A stretch of DNA of 64,000 nt, taken from the NCBI GenBank assembly GCA_010909165.1, contig MU008192.1, positions 310,001-374,000 on the forward strand, written 5' to 3'. A model generated the notes under the pieces. The model was not told where the DNA came from. It searched no databases and saw nothing but the letters and a program-made list of their open reading frames with translations. Below are positions 12,669-25,655 of the stretch, in pieces (position 1 is the first letter of the stretch; each line of letters starts with the position of its first letter). Source of the stretch: Anthoceros angustus (lineage: Eukaryota; Plantae; Anthocerotophyta). Both the position numbers and the translations under genes were made by a program.

Positions 12669-13416
12669 GTGGGTGTCTGGAATCTTTGTGGTTGGACACA
12701 CAATGTTTTCGTTTTTAGGGCTGTGAGGGCATGGGCCATCGGACATCCATTCGCATGACCCATCTGCCCGCCAGTTTGCCATCACGAAACCGTCACCAGG
12801 GCTTTATGGGAGATAGCGTGGAGAGAAGGGGCATGCCTGCCTTCGCAGGCATACAGGCTGTGCTGATAGGCAGGCGCCATGTACGCCTCGCGCGCCTGGC
12901 TATCGCAGCCATCCAGGCGTCGCGCACAAGGGTGGTGGGAAACCTAAACATGAGTATGTGTGCGCCAAACATAAACCTAAATGGCAGAAAGAAAAGTGGA
13001 TGACAAGATCAACACCAGCCAAGTTCCGAGACAAAAACTTTGTGCCGCCTACGGCCCGTCGTCCGCGATGTGGCGTATGTGAGGAAGCATCTTGAAGATG
13101 CCTGCGCATCTTCCTGTAGAATACCAAGACTCACACAGGTTTAGTGACGAGATCGGTATTCCATACAAACCGCCACCAAAACGTTTTGGTGTTTTTTTCA
13201 TCCTATATTTTCGTACAAAACTGCATCCATACGGTATACCATTTCGTATGTTACCTACACATGATGCTGGCGGCATCCTTGCACCAAACCGGCCACTGAC
13301 AAACAGTGACTTGTACGCCCATTTGGTGTGCTCATACATACAGTGCAGTACCTGGGCATCCTGCCATGAGTCTGTCGTTAGCCTCATGTTCCGGTTCCGA
13401 TTCCGGTTCCTGAACG

Positions 13417-16004
13417 ATGGCCACTGTATGGCAGCCGGACCCGTTGTGGACCCAACAAACTGCAATCGGTGTGTGTATGGGGATCATACGGGGAGCTCCC
13501 TCTCACGTCATCTTAGGGAGTGAACCTCTGGCAAACAAAGCCTCCAGGTGCAGCAGTGTATGGAGCCCGGCGATTCCACTTCCGAGAAAATGTGTGGGTG
13601 GGGACGGGTTTTCCAGCGATGGTCGTCCCCAGGAGCAGGAGCACTTGTGGCATCAATTTTTCCTGGACCCTACCATGTGGTGGGACAACAGACGAGATAA
13701 AGACCAGCTCTCGTTCGCCTGACTTCCGGCGTAAGGGGTCCGGTGCTGTGGTTAAACAACATGTTAAGCCAGCTTGGGTTGATGAGCAGCTCTGTTTCCT
13801 TGGATATGCAGATGGGTCATGGTGCCTCTCCTTCCAGTCCAGCTCTCCGGATAAGCCTGAACCTGGCGTGCAGGATCGGAAATGGGCGTCGTAACGGCTG
13901 GAACCGTGAGCATGTTATGTCAGCAGGGAAGCTTGAGGCCGTTGGAGCCCTGGAATCTCTGGCAGACAGACTCTGCTTTCTCAGTCTCTGTTTACACTGT
14001 GCTGAAACTGTGTACAGCTAAGAAGGATTTGGTTGTGGGGCGACGAGTTCATGATCTCACTGTCAAACTTGGGTATGAGTCGAATGCATGGGGAACCATA
14101 TCTTGCGCATGTATGCATGTGGAGGCTAGAGGAGGCCATGGATGTGTTCACCAGGGTGGGCAAACCAGATGCCTTCATGTGGTTTCCATAATCTCGCATA
14201 CGCTAAGCATGGGAAACCTAATGAGGCCATACAACTGTACCATGAGATGCGTAGGTCAGGAGTGAAGGCGAATGGTCACGTCTTTGTAGCTGCCTTCAAG
14301 CTTGTGCATTGCCGACTTGGAATCTGGCAGAAAAGTGCACTGTGATGTGTTGCACAGTGGCATTCCTCCTAACTTGTTTGTTGGCAACTGCCTGGTGGAC
14401 ATGTATGCAAAATGTGGCGAACTGAAGATGCACGCCAGGTTTTGACAGCATGAGAAAGGATGTGGTGACATGGAACTGATATCTGGGTATGCAAAATGTG
14501 GTGAACTGAAGATGCACGCCAGGTTTTGACAGCATACAAAGGATGTGGTGACATGGACGGCCTGATTGCTGGGTATGCACAGCAAGGGCTGAGGCGCTTG
14601 TGTATGGACAAATGGAGCAGGAGTGATTTTGGCTAACCATGTTACTTTGCTTGCCTTCTGAAGGCCTGTGCAAGCACTGGTGCCTTACAGAAGGGCAGGC
14701 AGCTGCACTCACAGATTGGAAAGAGGACTGCTGGATAACGTGTGGCAACTGCCTGGTGGACATGTATGCAAAATGTGGTGAACTGGAAGATGCACGCCAG
14801 GTTTTGACAGCTTGCCACAAAGGATGTGGTGACATGGACCGCCCTGATTGCTGGGTATGCAGCAAGGACTCGCCAAGAGGCGCTTGTTGTATGGACAAAT
14901 GGAGGAGGCGGGCCTCTTGGCTGACCATGTTACTTTGCTTGCCTTCTGTGCAAGCACTGGTGCCTTACAGAAGGGCAGGCAGCAGCTGCACTCACAGATT
15001 GTCGAAAGAGGACTGCTGGATAACGTGGGCACCCTGGTGGACATGTATGCAAAATGTGGTGAACTGGAAGATGCACGCCAGGTTTTGACAGCATGAACAC
15101 AAAGGATGTGGTGACATGGACCGCCCTGATATCTGGGTATGGTACTTGTGATGAAGGTCAGAAGGCACTAGCTTGTTTTGAGGAGATGTTAGTTGCCGGT
15201 ATTCAGCCTAATGATGCTACTTTTACTTGCCTTTAGTAGCATGCAGTCATGAGGGACTGGTCCACGAGGGTCGCACTTTGATTCCATGGCTGAACAGCAT
15301 GGCATCAAACCTACTATGAGCATTACACCTGCATGATTGATCTTCTTGGGCAGGCCATTTAGATGAGGCAGAGAAGATGCTATTATCATGTGAGGGCCAA
15401 AGTAATGTTGTGGCTTGACGTCTTTGTTGAATGCCTGCAAAAGTCACGGGGATATAGAGAGGGCGATGTGGTGTTTTGAAAGCATTGTTAGGCTGGACCC
15501 CAGGAGGCCCTGCCTATGTGCTCATGGCCAATGCCTATGCAGATGCAGGTAGGTGGACCGATGTAGACAGGATTGAAACACAGAGAGGGTAGCAGGAGCT
15601 AACAAGAAACCTGCAGTGGCGACCATTGAGGTGAGAAGCAGGTACATACATTTGTGGGAGAAAGGAGAGAGGATATTTGCTCAAGGTGGAGAGAGCACGA
15701 ATGCACGTCTGAAGCAGGAAGGAGGCCACGTACCTCACACAAGTTGGTGTTGAAGCCACTGTGTGAGAAGGAAAAGGAAGATGCGCTTTGTGGGCATGCG
15801 GAGAAACTAGCTCTGGCGTTTGGTCTTTTGAATACTCCGAGTGGAACACCTCTGGTGGTGACGAAGAATCTCCGCATGTGCAGTGACTGCCACAGTTCCA
15901 CGGAGATCATGTCAAGGCTTGAACAGAGAGACATTGTTGTAAGGGATGGGTACCGTCTGCATCGATTTGCAGCTGGTTGTTGCAGTTGTAAGGGTCGACC
16001 ATGA
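13417..16004 (+). CDS. PPR copy 4: 1xPDF-PLS-E1-E2-DYW:KP protein ending GRP; heavily frameshifted as assembled
   Basis: 13417-13722 HLWHQFFLDPTMWWDNRR; 13520-13894 SPDFRRKGSG..KPAWVDEQL; PLS fragments; 15654-16004 HAEKLA, CSDCH, SCKGRP. Confidence 0.88.
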
Positions 16005-16904
16005 GAATACGGCTTTCGGGGTAAATTTGCTTGCATAACTCTGGAGATACCTGTCCGAACTTGAGACATGGATGGCCAACCACTGATCCTGGCACCTCTC
16101 ATCATCGTAACAGAAAGAATCAGAGTGGAGGGGGGGAGGACGGTGGGATTCACGCCCGGCGTGTGCCTCGTCCGGACTTGCTTGCGATCTTGGTGGAACA
16201 CGGGCTCAAGAGCTTGGGGCTCCGGTGCAGGCCCGTAAGTTGGCTCGATGCTGATCTCGGTATCTCCAGTTTATTCCGTGGGAGAGTGGATCAAGGGTGA
16301 TCCTGCCTGCGAGCAAGTGTGGATGCATGGTGTCTTCAGACAGGACAACTCCAACATCCCTGTCACTAGTTGGAACTTGACAAGCAGAGACTTGAGGGCT
16401 ATTGAACCCAGTACACAAGCTGCTTTAGACGGCCATTCTGGAGTCTGGACAGCCAGGGCAGAGGACACGCGCTTTCCAGGTAAAAAGCCCAGTTCTTACT
16501 TATTTCCTTTCCCGCAAAAGGCCGCCACCTTATACTGCTTCATGAAGTAAGCGCCTAGTGTATATGATGCTGAAAATTGCCATGCGAAAAAGGTGCCGGG
16601 TCTGCACAATCACAGCAAGTCGGTACACCTCGGTCTACAGACCGTACCTCGAGGGGTGGTTCAACAGGGTAATGGCGAAATGATTACTTTTTGAAAAAAT
16701 AAGGTTCAGCAGAATTATTTACATTTATAAAATTTTTGATATTTATAAAAAATAATTTTATTAAATTTTAAATTTTATTACAATACATAGGTATCTATAT
16801 AGAACTAATAGATATGTATAGATCTCCCAAAAACAGGTCCTAATTTTCCACACAAAATCTACTTTCCTTGTTTTTGGCATCTTAAACTTGTAAATGTTTA
16901 CACA

Positions 16905-17400
16905 TTGAGTAACACCCCCTCAACGGGGTGGGGAAAACCACGCAGTTAGAAGCAAAAACCAGAGTAATAATCAACACCAGACACAGCACTAGGCCTCCAA
17001 GTAGCCCGCCCTCCTCTTCTAGGAGGACTCGCAGACAGCACCCTTGCTGCTGCTCTTTATTCTTAAATCACGAGTCAACAAGAACATACAATTTGGAGAG
17101 GGCTAGAGAGAACTCCCATCTTTGCCTAAGCTGGAGCTTAGCTCTCTCTTCACTTGACCTCCTCCACAAAGCTCCTTCACAAGACTCTTCCGGCAGTGCT
17201 CTGAAGCAACAAGTGCTCTCAAGGCACAACCCAAGCAACAAGTGCTCTCAAGGCACAACTGAATTGTCTTTAGCCCAGGGCGAGGTCTCCTTTTATACTC
17301 AAGCCCTAGCTACAATCTTAATAACTACTTACTTAAGCTTTAAGCTATTATTTACTACCACACTTCCTAGGGCTGCATGCTTAACATGCTCTTAGTAAGC
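16905..17400 (-). mobile_element. Probable solo LTR / LTR remnant
   Basis: Non-coding and CT-rich, TATAAAAGG on the minus strand near 17290, and diverged similarity to 18070-18500 (CACTAGG..TCCAAGT, GAGTCAACAAGA, CCATCTTT). Confidence 0.4.
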
Positions 17401-18069
17401 TGCTCTTCTAAACATGCCTCTGCATGGAGCTTTCTTGCAAAGCACTCAAGCCAGCTTTGTTACTCATTGGGTATTTTAAGTATAATAATTTTCAAATTTT
17501 ACTAATTTTATTTAATTAATGCCGAATCATCCTTCGGGGTACGGTAATCATTGACTTGGAACGACTTGGAACCACAGTTCCGAAGTGGATCAGCAGCCTC
17601 TCAAATTTTGTAAAACGAAAAAAATACCGTAGTCATGAAAATTTGATAAAACGAAAAAAATGCCGTAGTCATAAATTGATTTCAAGAACAATGTGTAGGA
17701 CGTCTTGGTATTAGGCAGTTCAACTTATCGCACATGAGAAAGAAAGCGCATCAATATGAAAAGAGTTGCAATGGTTTCGCGGAGTTGCAAAGATTGTTAG
17801 TCGGAGACACAGACTTGATATTTAGGTCTAGGATTTAGGGTTTTCTGAACCCTAAAACAGACGGTTATATAGCTCCACACCTCTACATATAAATGGCTAA
17901 GTGGAAAGAGCTTGCCAATGTCCACAAATATTGGTATGCCTAGATAGGTATGCTAATATGACACATAAATCAAAGCAGGAAATACATTTTTTTGGTAGAT
18001 TTTCGTGTCCACCAAACAAAATTGGTAAAAAATATTAAAAGTAACCTTACTAGGAGGTTAGGGGAGGAC

Positions 18070-18500
18070 GGCGTTAAGAGCAATAACACACAGCAAACAC
18101 CAACACTAGGTGTCCAAGTCGCTCACCCTCCTTTGAAAGGACGACTAGCAGACAACATGTCTACTTCCGCTGTTTATTATAGTAAGAGTCAACAAGAGTA
18201 CATGAGAGATTGATGAGCTCTCCATCTTTATCTGAGCTAGGTGCATAGCTCTCTCCCCACAATCTGCTCCTCACATAGTTCTCTCCTGACAATCTCCTCC
18301 TCACAACTCTCTTTCAGATACACACTCGAGGTTCCCATAGCCTCTAGGAACCCCAGTCCTATCCTCTACAAAAGTGTGGGCACAAGTGCTAGGAATTATT
18401 CCCTAGAGCTAGCCTCATCGCTTTCATCGTGGCTTATTTCACCTTCCAAGTACGCCTAAGATATACTAGCTTACTTAAGCCCTGAGCTAAGCCTCACTAT
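18070..18500 (-). mobile_element. Diverged relative of the 16.9-kb LTR-like remnant
   Basis: Shares blocks with 16975-17170 in the same order. Confidence 0.35.
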
Positions 18501-19070
18501 CATTAACCACATATTGCATATCTTGTTCTTGACATTAGGTCCGTTGACATGACTGAACTGCTTAATCAACTAATCTCGCGGTAGTCTGACCATAGGCTTT
18601 TTAACTATAATTCCTTCCTAACCCGAGACTCAATGCAGGAGCACCCTAACGCTATGTTTGATTGCAATTCGGTCTCAACTTCCAGCCCCCCTAGCCACAT
18701 ATCGAGTGGCAATCAACACTCTGTCCATCGAGCTCAGACATACGGCTCATCCAATCATGGCTAGCTACAAGCTACTATGACATAAGATTTGCACAATGAT
18801 CAAGCTCGGATTTTGGTACTTCACTGACAAAAAAAGCTATCGAGTTTTTTGGGGCAAGTTTATTGAACGACAAGGTTTTGGCTTCAAAGCCCCATACTCT
18901 TTAAGTTAAAAACATATAGCATTTTGTTTTTTATTTTGATATCTCAAATATGCCCAATTTATAATAACATTGGGCCTATTCACGTGACTTTCTCGTTCTC
19001 GACCCTCATGTGCCCATTTTTTGGGCATATGAGGCTCCCTCATGTGAGTTGTCGGTCTAAAACCACCCAC

Positions 19071-19466
19071 TTTGAATTGATTTGAGTTGAGTTGAGTTGA
19101 GTTGAGTTGAGTTGAGTTGAGTTGAGTTGAGTTGAGTTGAGTTGAGTTGAGTTGAGTTGAGTTGAGTTGAGTTGAGTTGAGTTGAGTTGAGTTGAGTTGA
19201 GTTGAGTTGAGGTTGAGTTGAGTTGAGTTGAGTTGAGTTGAGTTGAGTTGAGTTGAGTTGAGTTGAGTTGAGTTGAGTTAGGTTGAGAGTTGAGTTGAGT
19301 TGAGTTGAGTTGAGTTGAGTTGAGTTGAGTTGAGTTGAGTTGAGTTGAGTTAGGTTGGAGTTGAGTTGAGTTGAGTTGAGTTGAGTTGAGTTGAGTTGAG
19401 TTGAGTTGAGTTGAGTTGAGTTGAGTTGAGTTGAGTTGAGTTGAGTTGAGTTGAGTTGAGTTGAGG
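19071..19466. repeat. (GAGTT)n pentanucleotide microsatellite, about 390 bp
   Basis: Directly visible, with a few interruptions (GAGGTT, TAGGTT). Confidence 0.98.
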
Positions 19467-20656
19467 TGAGGTGAACGAAAGAAACATAATTGCATTAAAG
19501 TCCATTAGAGTCCACCCTTTTAAAACATTAGGTCAATGAGTTTCCTTTCCTACTTTCCATTTTTTACAGCGAATTACATGTTTTACATTTGTTTCATCCT
19601 CTGTGAAACCTATGAGAAACTCTATGTGAAATAAATATGTTCCACCCTTTTTTTGTTTTCGAGTTGAATTTTTTATATTTTAACTGATTCTCTATATATG
19701 TATACTTCTTCCAAGGTTCTGATCCTCATTTTGAGAGAAAGGTGGATTTCATTTCTAGTGTTAAAATCTTTCAATTCAATTATGACATCATGGTTGGCAC
19801 CAGTCACTACTTCGTTTGTCGTATTATCAGTATTGTTGTTGATTCTATTTTTCAATGCTCATGATGAGAACAATTTTAAGAGTTCAAGGAAACTCGTTTC
19901 ATCTACTGAGAAAATTCCAAAGCCTATGCATGCCATCAATCGCCCATTTGTGAAGTCCTATAAAGTACGTACATCTTGATGGTAGTAGGGTACACCGAAA
20001 TGGCCTCACCGTAATAGAGGTAATAAAGGCCCACCTTCGCGAGTATAAGAGGGCCAAGGCCCAATAAATCATCTTCTTGGTGTTGATGCCGCTCTGCACC
20101 TTTGTGTGTCTTCTTGCTAACGTGAGTCCCGAGTCACCGAAAGGTGCACGTACCCGGGAGATTGATCGGTCCCGTGACGACCTAACGGTGTGTGTGGAAG
20201 GGTGATCGGTGACGCCCGAGCCGCCCAAGACCGAACGGATCGAACGGTGAGCCGGAGGAACTCCGGAGGGCGGCAGAGCCCGGACGAGAGGCCCGCGAAC
20301 GACGAGGAGGTCCGGACTGTAACCCGCAAGGCCTTTTCTAAGACCGAGGAGTGTAGCGTGAGGGGAGAGAGGAAAAGGACCGATGTGAGGACGGATGTGA
20401 ACGATACGGACGCGAAACGCTGGCCATACCGGCCTGTGACGGTGAACGCTAGAGTAGTTAGAGTATGTGTGTGGAGGTCAACGAGCGCTATGAGGTAAGA
20501 ATCACCAAACGGTAAACGGAGCCTATCATTCCCTTGGGAACGGACTTCTTCCTACAACGACACGGATTGTGCGCTACCTACCGCCATCAAAAGTCGCCAC
20601 ACGTAATCTCGAGCTGCCCTGAATTGCTTTCCCTGACAGTAGCCAAGGCTAATGCN

Positions 20657-20960
20657 GTCTAGGCCTTCCACTTGCGTAAATCCCACAGCCACAAGGCGTG
20701 CCTTAAACTCGCAACTTCTCCTTTGCATTGAGTTTTAATTTAAAGACCCCATTTGGTGGATATAGCCTTGCGCCCTGGTGGAAGATCCGCAAGCACCCAG
20801 GTCTTGTTCTTAACGAGGGACTGGTACTCATCCTCCACATCGGCCTTCCACTGCACATGTTCAGGGCCATTGAAAGCTTGAGACAAGCTGGTAGGTTCGC
20901 CCCGCGTAATCTGTACACGCTGGCTTGGAACAAGGTGGGTTCTAAAGTCCACAGACTGAT
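20657..20960 (-). mobile_element. Ty1/copia reverse transcriptase N-terminal fragment, truncated at an assembly N (20656)
   Basis: EPTSLSQAF..W..EYQSLVKNKTWVLADLPPGRKAISTKW, VFKLK and FKARLVAVGFTQVEGLD. Confidence 0.88.
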
Positions 20961-21569
20961 ATCGAGGTTCTCTCCATTCTCGCAGTGGTGGCCTATGTCT
21001 GCCGGATCGCCTAGGAACAAAATCGGTTCAGTTCGCCGCTCAGCTCATAGTCGGGATCAAGGGGATCAGCCGAGCTAGGTGAACAGCTGACCTAAGTCAG
21101 GTCGCGAACATCCGCAACATCTAGGTCCGTGCACCCCTCTCGCATCCGGAATTACCTCCTCGCCTTCCGGCAAGGGTGGAATGGCAAAACAGGGGTTGAC
21201 CGGAGTCGGATTGAGGCCTCTGGTGGAGCCCGAGCTTGTGGATTGACAACAAGCAGGAGCAGCTAGTTCCAAATCATCCAGGATATTGTAGCCTTGAAAT
21301 CGTTAACCCACGAGGGCTTTGGACAATGAGTGACTAAGCACAATGATTGTTTTTCAAACGTAAAGGATTCCACGGTGACCTTGAACCTTGACACCTTACG
21401 AGGGCTTGTCCAATGTTTATGAATATATGTAAGTCGCATCCCTCATTTATATACCCAAGTTTTCCTTGGCCCTTGGGAATCTTACGTGGAATTTTGCATC
21501 CCGAAACCCCCTAATTACCATGGGCCAAGGAACAATCATCCTTGGATTTCGTCATCCCCTTTTTTTTTC

Positions 21570-22400
21570 CATCTACGCCTGGGGCAGCAGACTTTCGTAC
21601 TCCCATCAGGGTAAGGCAATGGCAAGCTTGCTGGTATATCATTAATGCCACATTCTTTCTCGCACAAGCTTGCACTGATGGCTTCCGGTGGCGAATGTGC
21701 GTCGGGCAGGTATTTACGTTGACAGAACCGAGGATAGCATGCGCTGGGTGATCCATTTTGTTGGAAGCACGACAAGGGTGGCATCGATGCAAAATGCCCG
21801 CAAAGGACAAGGTGCAGCTCAACGGCCGTTGTCGGCGTTCGAGTGTCAAGGACGTGCTTGGCCGAGGGTGATACGCCGTCGGCTTGGCGACAATGTCAGC
21901 GTTGAGTACCAATTTTTGAGGCGTGGAGGTAAGGAGTTTGTGTGGTAGTGGTGCGGCGATGGTGTCTTTTGACCGGGTTTATGTGTGTTTTGAAGAATCT
22001 GACAAGATGCATGTGTTTTGCTCCAGGAACATGCACGTCCTTGAAAGCAGATGAACCGAGAAACAATATTGTTGCGAGGGCATACGGTTCTGCGAGCAAT
22101 GGATTGGCGTTATGTCCCGATTTGCGGGCTTGAGAGCTTTGCCACATTACTGCGGCAAGGGAGGCGAGAGCACAACCAGCAACCACGTTCGTGGAATCAC
22201 GGCGATCATTGTTGTCCGCATGCTGCGTTGGTGGTGTTGAAGGCCATCTGAACTCGAGCACGAGAAGGAGGAAAAGGATGCTGAGTAGAGGAGGGAAGTG
22301 CCAGCTCGGGTCATTTAGGAGAGGAGAAGAGTTGATTTGCCGACAACTCGTACATCTGTGAAGTTGGGGACTATGTTATGCACACAATGTACTATACAGC
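21570..22400 (+). pseudogene. Degenerate paralog of the LRAT/NC-domain gene at 44341
   Basis: Colinear with 44398-45330 including both introns and 3' UTR (IYAW..YSHQG, GIYV..RWVIHF, GTCTSLKADE). The NCE motif region is disrupted and the 5' end differs. Confidence 0.85.
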
Positions 22401-22544
22401 ATGTTGTGTCAAAGCTAAAACCGAGTCTGGCTCTAGGTATATGATGTGATTAGGAATTTTTCAGTACTTCAGTTTTTCATGGTAGTAAATCAAGTTTGAT
22501 CATTCGTTTATGATAGTAAAGCAAGTTTGATCATCCGTTGATCC

Positions 22545-22838
22545 GTGTTTGAAGATTATTATCAACTAGTGTGGAAAAACACTTCACACAAGAATTCGGT
22601 ATAGCATATCACTATTAAATACTGTGCAAACTCTCTTTACATGAGAATTTGGCACAACTCTTCCATTAGCTGATGGTGTCCATGGTGTATGTCATCCCTC
22701 TCGGCCGCTACGCAACTCCCTTGCTTATCTTCATGTTTGAAGATTATTATCAACTAGTGTGGAAAAACACTTCACATGAGAATTCGGCATAGCATATCAC
22801 TATTAAATACTATGCAAACTCTCTTTTCATGAGAATTT
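22545..22838. repeat. ~105-bp direct repeat, two copies
   Basis: TGTTTGAAGATTATTATCAACTAGTGTGGAAAAACACTTCACA...CATGAGAATTT at about 22545 and 22734. Confidence 0.85.
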
Positions 22839-23199
22839 GATTTCTCACTTGAGAAAAACGCTCAGCAGATTATTATTCACTCATCAATTGTGGTATTGTT
22901 ATCTACTCATACTTGGCTGAGGAGGTTTATGGAGTCGTGCTGGAGCGGTGTTTAAGGAGTAGTGTTCTCAAGGGTTTTGGAGCGGTGAGCGGTGTTCTCA
23001 AGAGTCTTCTATACATGGTCTTTTCCAGGGTCTTCTCGGTCTTTTCTGAGGCTCCCCAAGTGTAGTCTCGGGCCACCCAATCGCCTATTAAGGACACCCC
23101 ACTGCCGGTCTACTCTCGCTTTGCTCTGGGGTCAAGGGGTGAAATGTCACGTGGGCACAAGCACAAGATTTCGACAAGACGACTTGGGAGGCACAAAGT

Positions 23200-25655
23200 C
23201 GGCTTGCTTCTTCTTCCGTATGCTCAATCCCTCTTAACCTCCTTGGGCTTGAGTCTTGAAATGGCGGAGGCAGTCCAACCACTTGCTGGCATTGTTTCAC
23301 ACTCGTTTCCCGAGCCCCCCGTCTTTTTCGGCGGCTCTTGAGGCATCTTCACGATGATGTTCGCCTTGCGTACCGCCTTCCATTGGATCGCCTTGCGCGG
23401 GACCCCGAGGATGAGGAGGCTTGGACTCTCTTTCTTTTCCTTCCTAGGTGGTGTCTTCGGCGCTCTAGGGGCGGTTCTTTGATAGGAGGTGGCTTCGCCT
23501 GCCGCTTCAGGAGGATTGGGAGGCTCTACAAGAGGAGGATCTTTTGGCGGCAAGATCTAGGTTAGGGTCGACCAGGTTTGTCCGGACCCTGGTAAGGTGC
23601 GTCTCCGAAGGTGTCATATGTTGGGTCGAAATGGTGAGTACGCGCGGGCCGCTAGGGCTCTCCGTCCAGAGCCGGTGGCGCCGGTCTCCGAGGACACCAT
23701 CGCCACGCTCCTTGCCCTTCATCCCCCAGTGACATTCCACATATACTTTCGACTTCATGCCCGAGGAGCTTTTTGTCTAGGCAGGGCAGTCTTTGGTCGG
23801 GCCCTCTCCATTGCCCCCCGACTCTCCTCGGGTGGTTTGTCAAGGACAGTTTATGACCACCTTCGAGATTATTTCTCCCGAGAGGATCCATCTAGTGGTT
23901 TTGAGCTTTCATTAAGGCTGGCTAGGGCGAGGTCCCTCGCAGGATCTCCCAAGTCTTGGGGGCTTGCAGGTTACTAGCTTTGGAGAAACTTATGTCGGGG
24001 GTGTGCCCTATTTTTGTCGGAGGTGTTCCTGCGCCTCGATGCCGGCATTGCGATTCAACCGGAGCACTTAACTGCCCCACCAATTTGGGATTGCCACTCT
24101 GTTGTGAGTCTGCGGCCTTTGGTATCCAGGCGGTCCTCGAGTCTCACCCACGTTGGGTTGCTCTACAGGTAGATGTCGAGAATGCCTTCAACACTGTGTC
24201 TAGGGCTGTCATTTTCTCCGAACTCAAGGACGTAGGTGGACACCTAGCGGACCTCATTCCATTTGTTCGCTCCTTCTACGGTTCTCCGTCCAATCTCTAC
24301 TATCAACATGGTCCAGCTACGGAAGGCGTTTCGGTTCTCCACTAGGCCACGGGCACAAGGCAAGGGGATCCATTGGGAGGCGCCCTCTTCGCCATGGCGC
24401 ACTTCAGGGCGCTGTCCTCCACAGCCTCTGCAGTTCGGGAGTGCCTTTTCCCATCCGTGGCTGACGAAACCCATATCCTCGGGCCGGGGGACAAGGTGAG
24501 GGCTGCCTTTGATCCCTTCTCCTTTGAGCTCTCCCGTATGGGATTAAGGGTCAAGATCGATAAGTGCAGGGTGTGGTCCCCTTCCGGTAATACACCCCCT
24601 CTTCACTATCTAGGGGCTTATTTCTCCGCAATGGCTTCGGATCCTCGAAGTTCCGCTGGGTCCCCCAAACTTTATTCAAGGGTTTGTGGACGTGGCTCTG
24701 GAAGAAGACGTGGCTCACATTGGGGATCTTTCACAAATTGGGGACCCTCAGGTTGCGTTTGATATTTTGTCTTCCTACTTCGCGCGTCGACCAGCTGTTA
24801 TCTTACCAGGACGGTTGCTCCATCCCCGGCCTTTTTATCAAGCTTGAGGCATTTTGATAGGTAGGTTATGCAGACGCTTGGGGACATTATAGGTCCACCT
24901 TGAATGCGCCTGACTTGGCGCTGAAAGTGCATCATTTACCGCCTTTGGAGGCACTGCTTGGCCATGGAGGCCTCGGCCCCAGCCTTTCCTCGGGAGTTGG
25001 GCCCTCTACGCCTTTAATTTTGGTCTCTCGATTCTTAATGCAGGACTCCCCCCTTCTGGAAGCCTTCATCTCGAGTGTTGAGGAGGGGGCCTTCCCCTTG
25101 CAAGTCTCTCTTAGGCGGGCTAGGGACTCCCTTTCCTCAGAGGCTAGGGAAGCCATGCCTCCTTTTTCCTCTTTCTCTAAGGAAGGGTTGCATGGCCTTT
25201 AAGCCTCTCTCCAGGAGAAGCAATATTTATAGGCGCAAAGGGCCCTCCTTCTGGACTCCTCCATTCCCTGTTCAGCAGGCCCACTGCGTGCTGTTTAGGA
25301 AGCGCGTGGCTCACAGCTTTTGGCTCGGCCTTGCATTCCAGCGTTCGCAATCGCACCTTCGTCCTTTTTTTCTGCGATGAGGGTCCGCCTCGGTTTGGCT
25401 CATCCTCTGGCCTCTTCTCTTTCCACGTGCAGTTGTGGAGCTGCCATCGACGATTCCGGATCCCATTTGGCCTGTTGTCCCGTGGGGGGGCGACATATTG
25501 CTACGTATGATGTCGTTCGCGACGTCATGTTTTCGATAACTATGGAGAGCGGATTTTTTCCGTACTGGGAGTGCCCATATACATTGCGTAATGGCGTGTC
25601 ACTCAGGGCAGACCTTTTTTATACTAGGGGGGAGCAAATTTATATCGCTGATCCT
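23200..25655 (+). mobile_element. Non-LTR retrotransposon, CRE-like (RT plus C-terminal CCHC/RLE), copy A, degenerate
   Basis: RLLALEK..GV.PI.VG; CES..FGIQAVLESHPRWVALQVDVENAFNTVSR; GTRQGDPLGGALF; SVADETHILG; CSCG..DDSGSHLACC..GGRH..YDVVRD; LRADL. Confidence 0.85.

Noticed and set aside
50-16300. Many ORFs antisense to or overlapping the PPR genes (e.g. 50-700, 3410-4306, 10163-10771)
   Set aside because: Shadow frames of repetitive PPR coding sequence with no independent protein motifs.
19040-19495. ORF of NSTQL repeats
   Set aside because: Translation of the (AACTC)n microsatellite.
20600-20700. Biological junction at the end of the copia RT fragment
   Set aside because: It coincides with an N at 20656, so it is probably a scaffold join and adjacency across it is unreliable.
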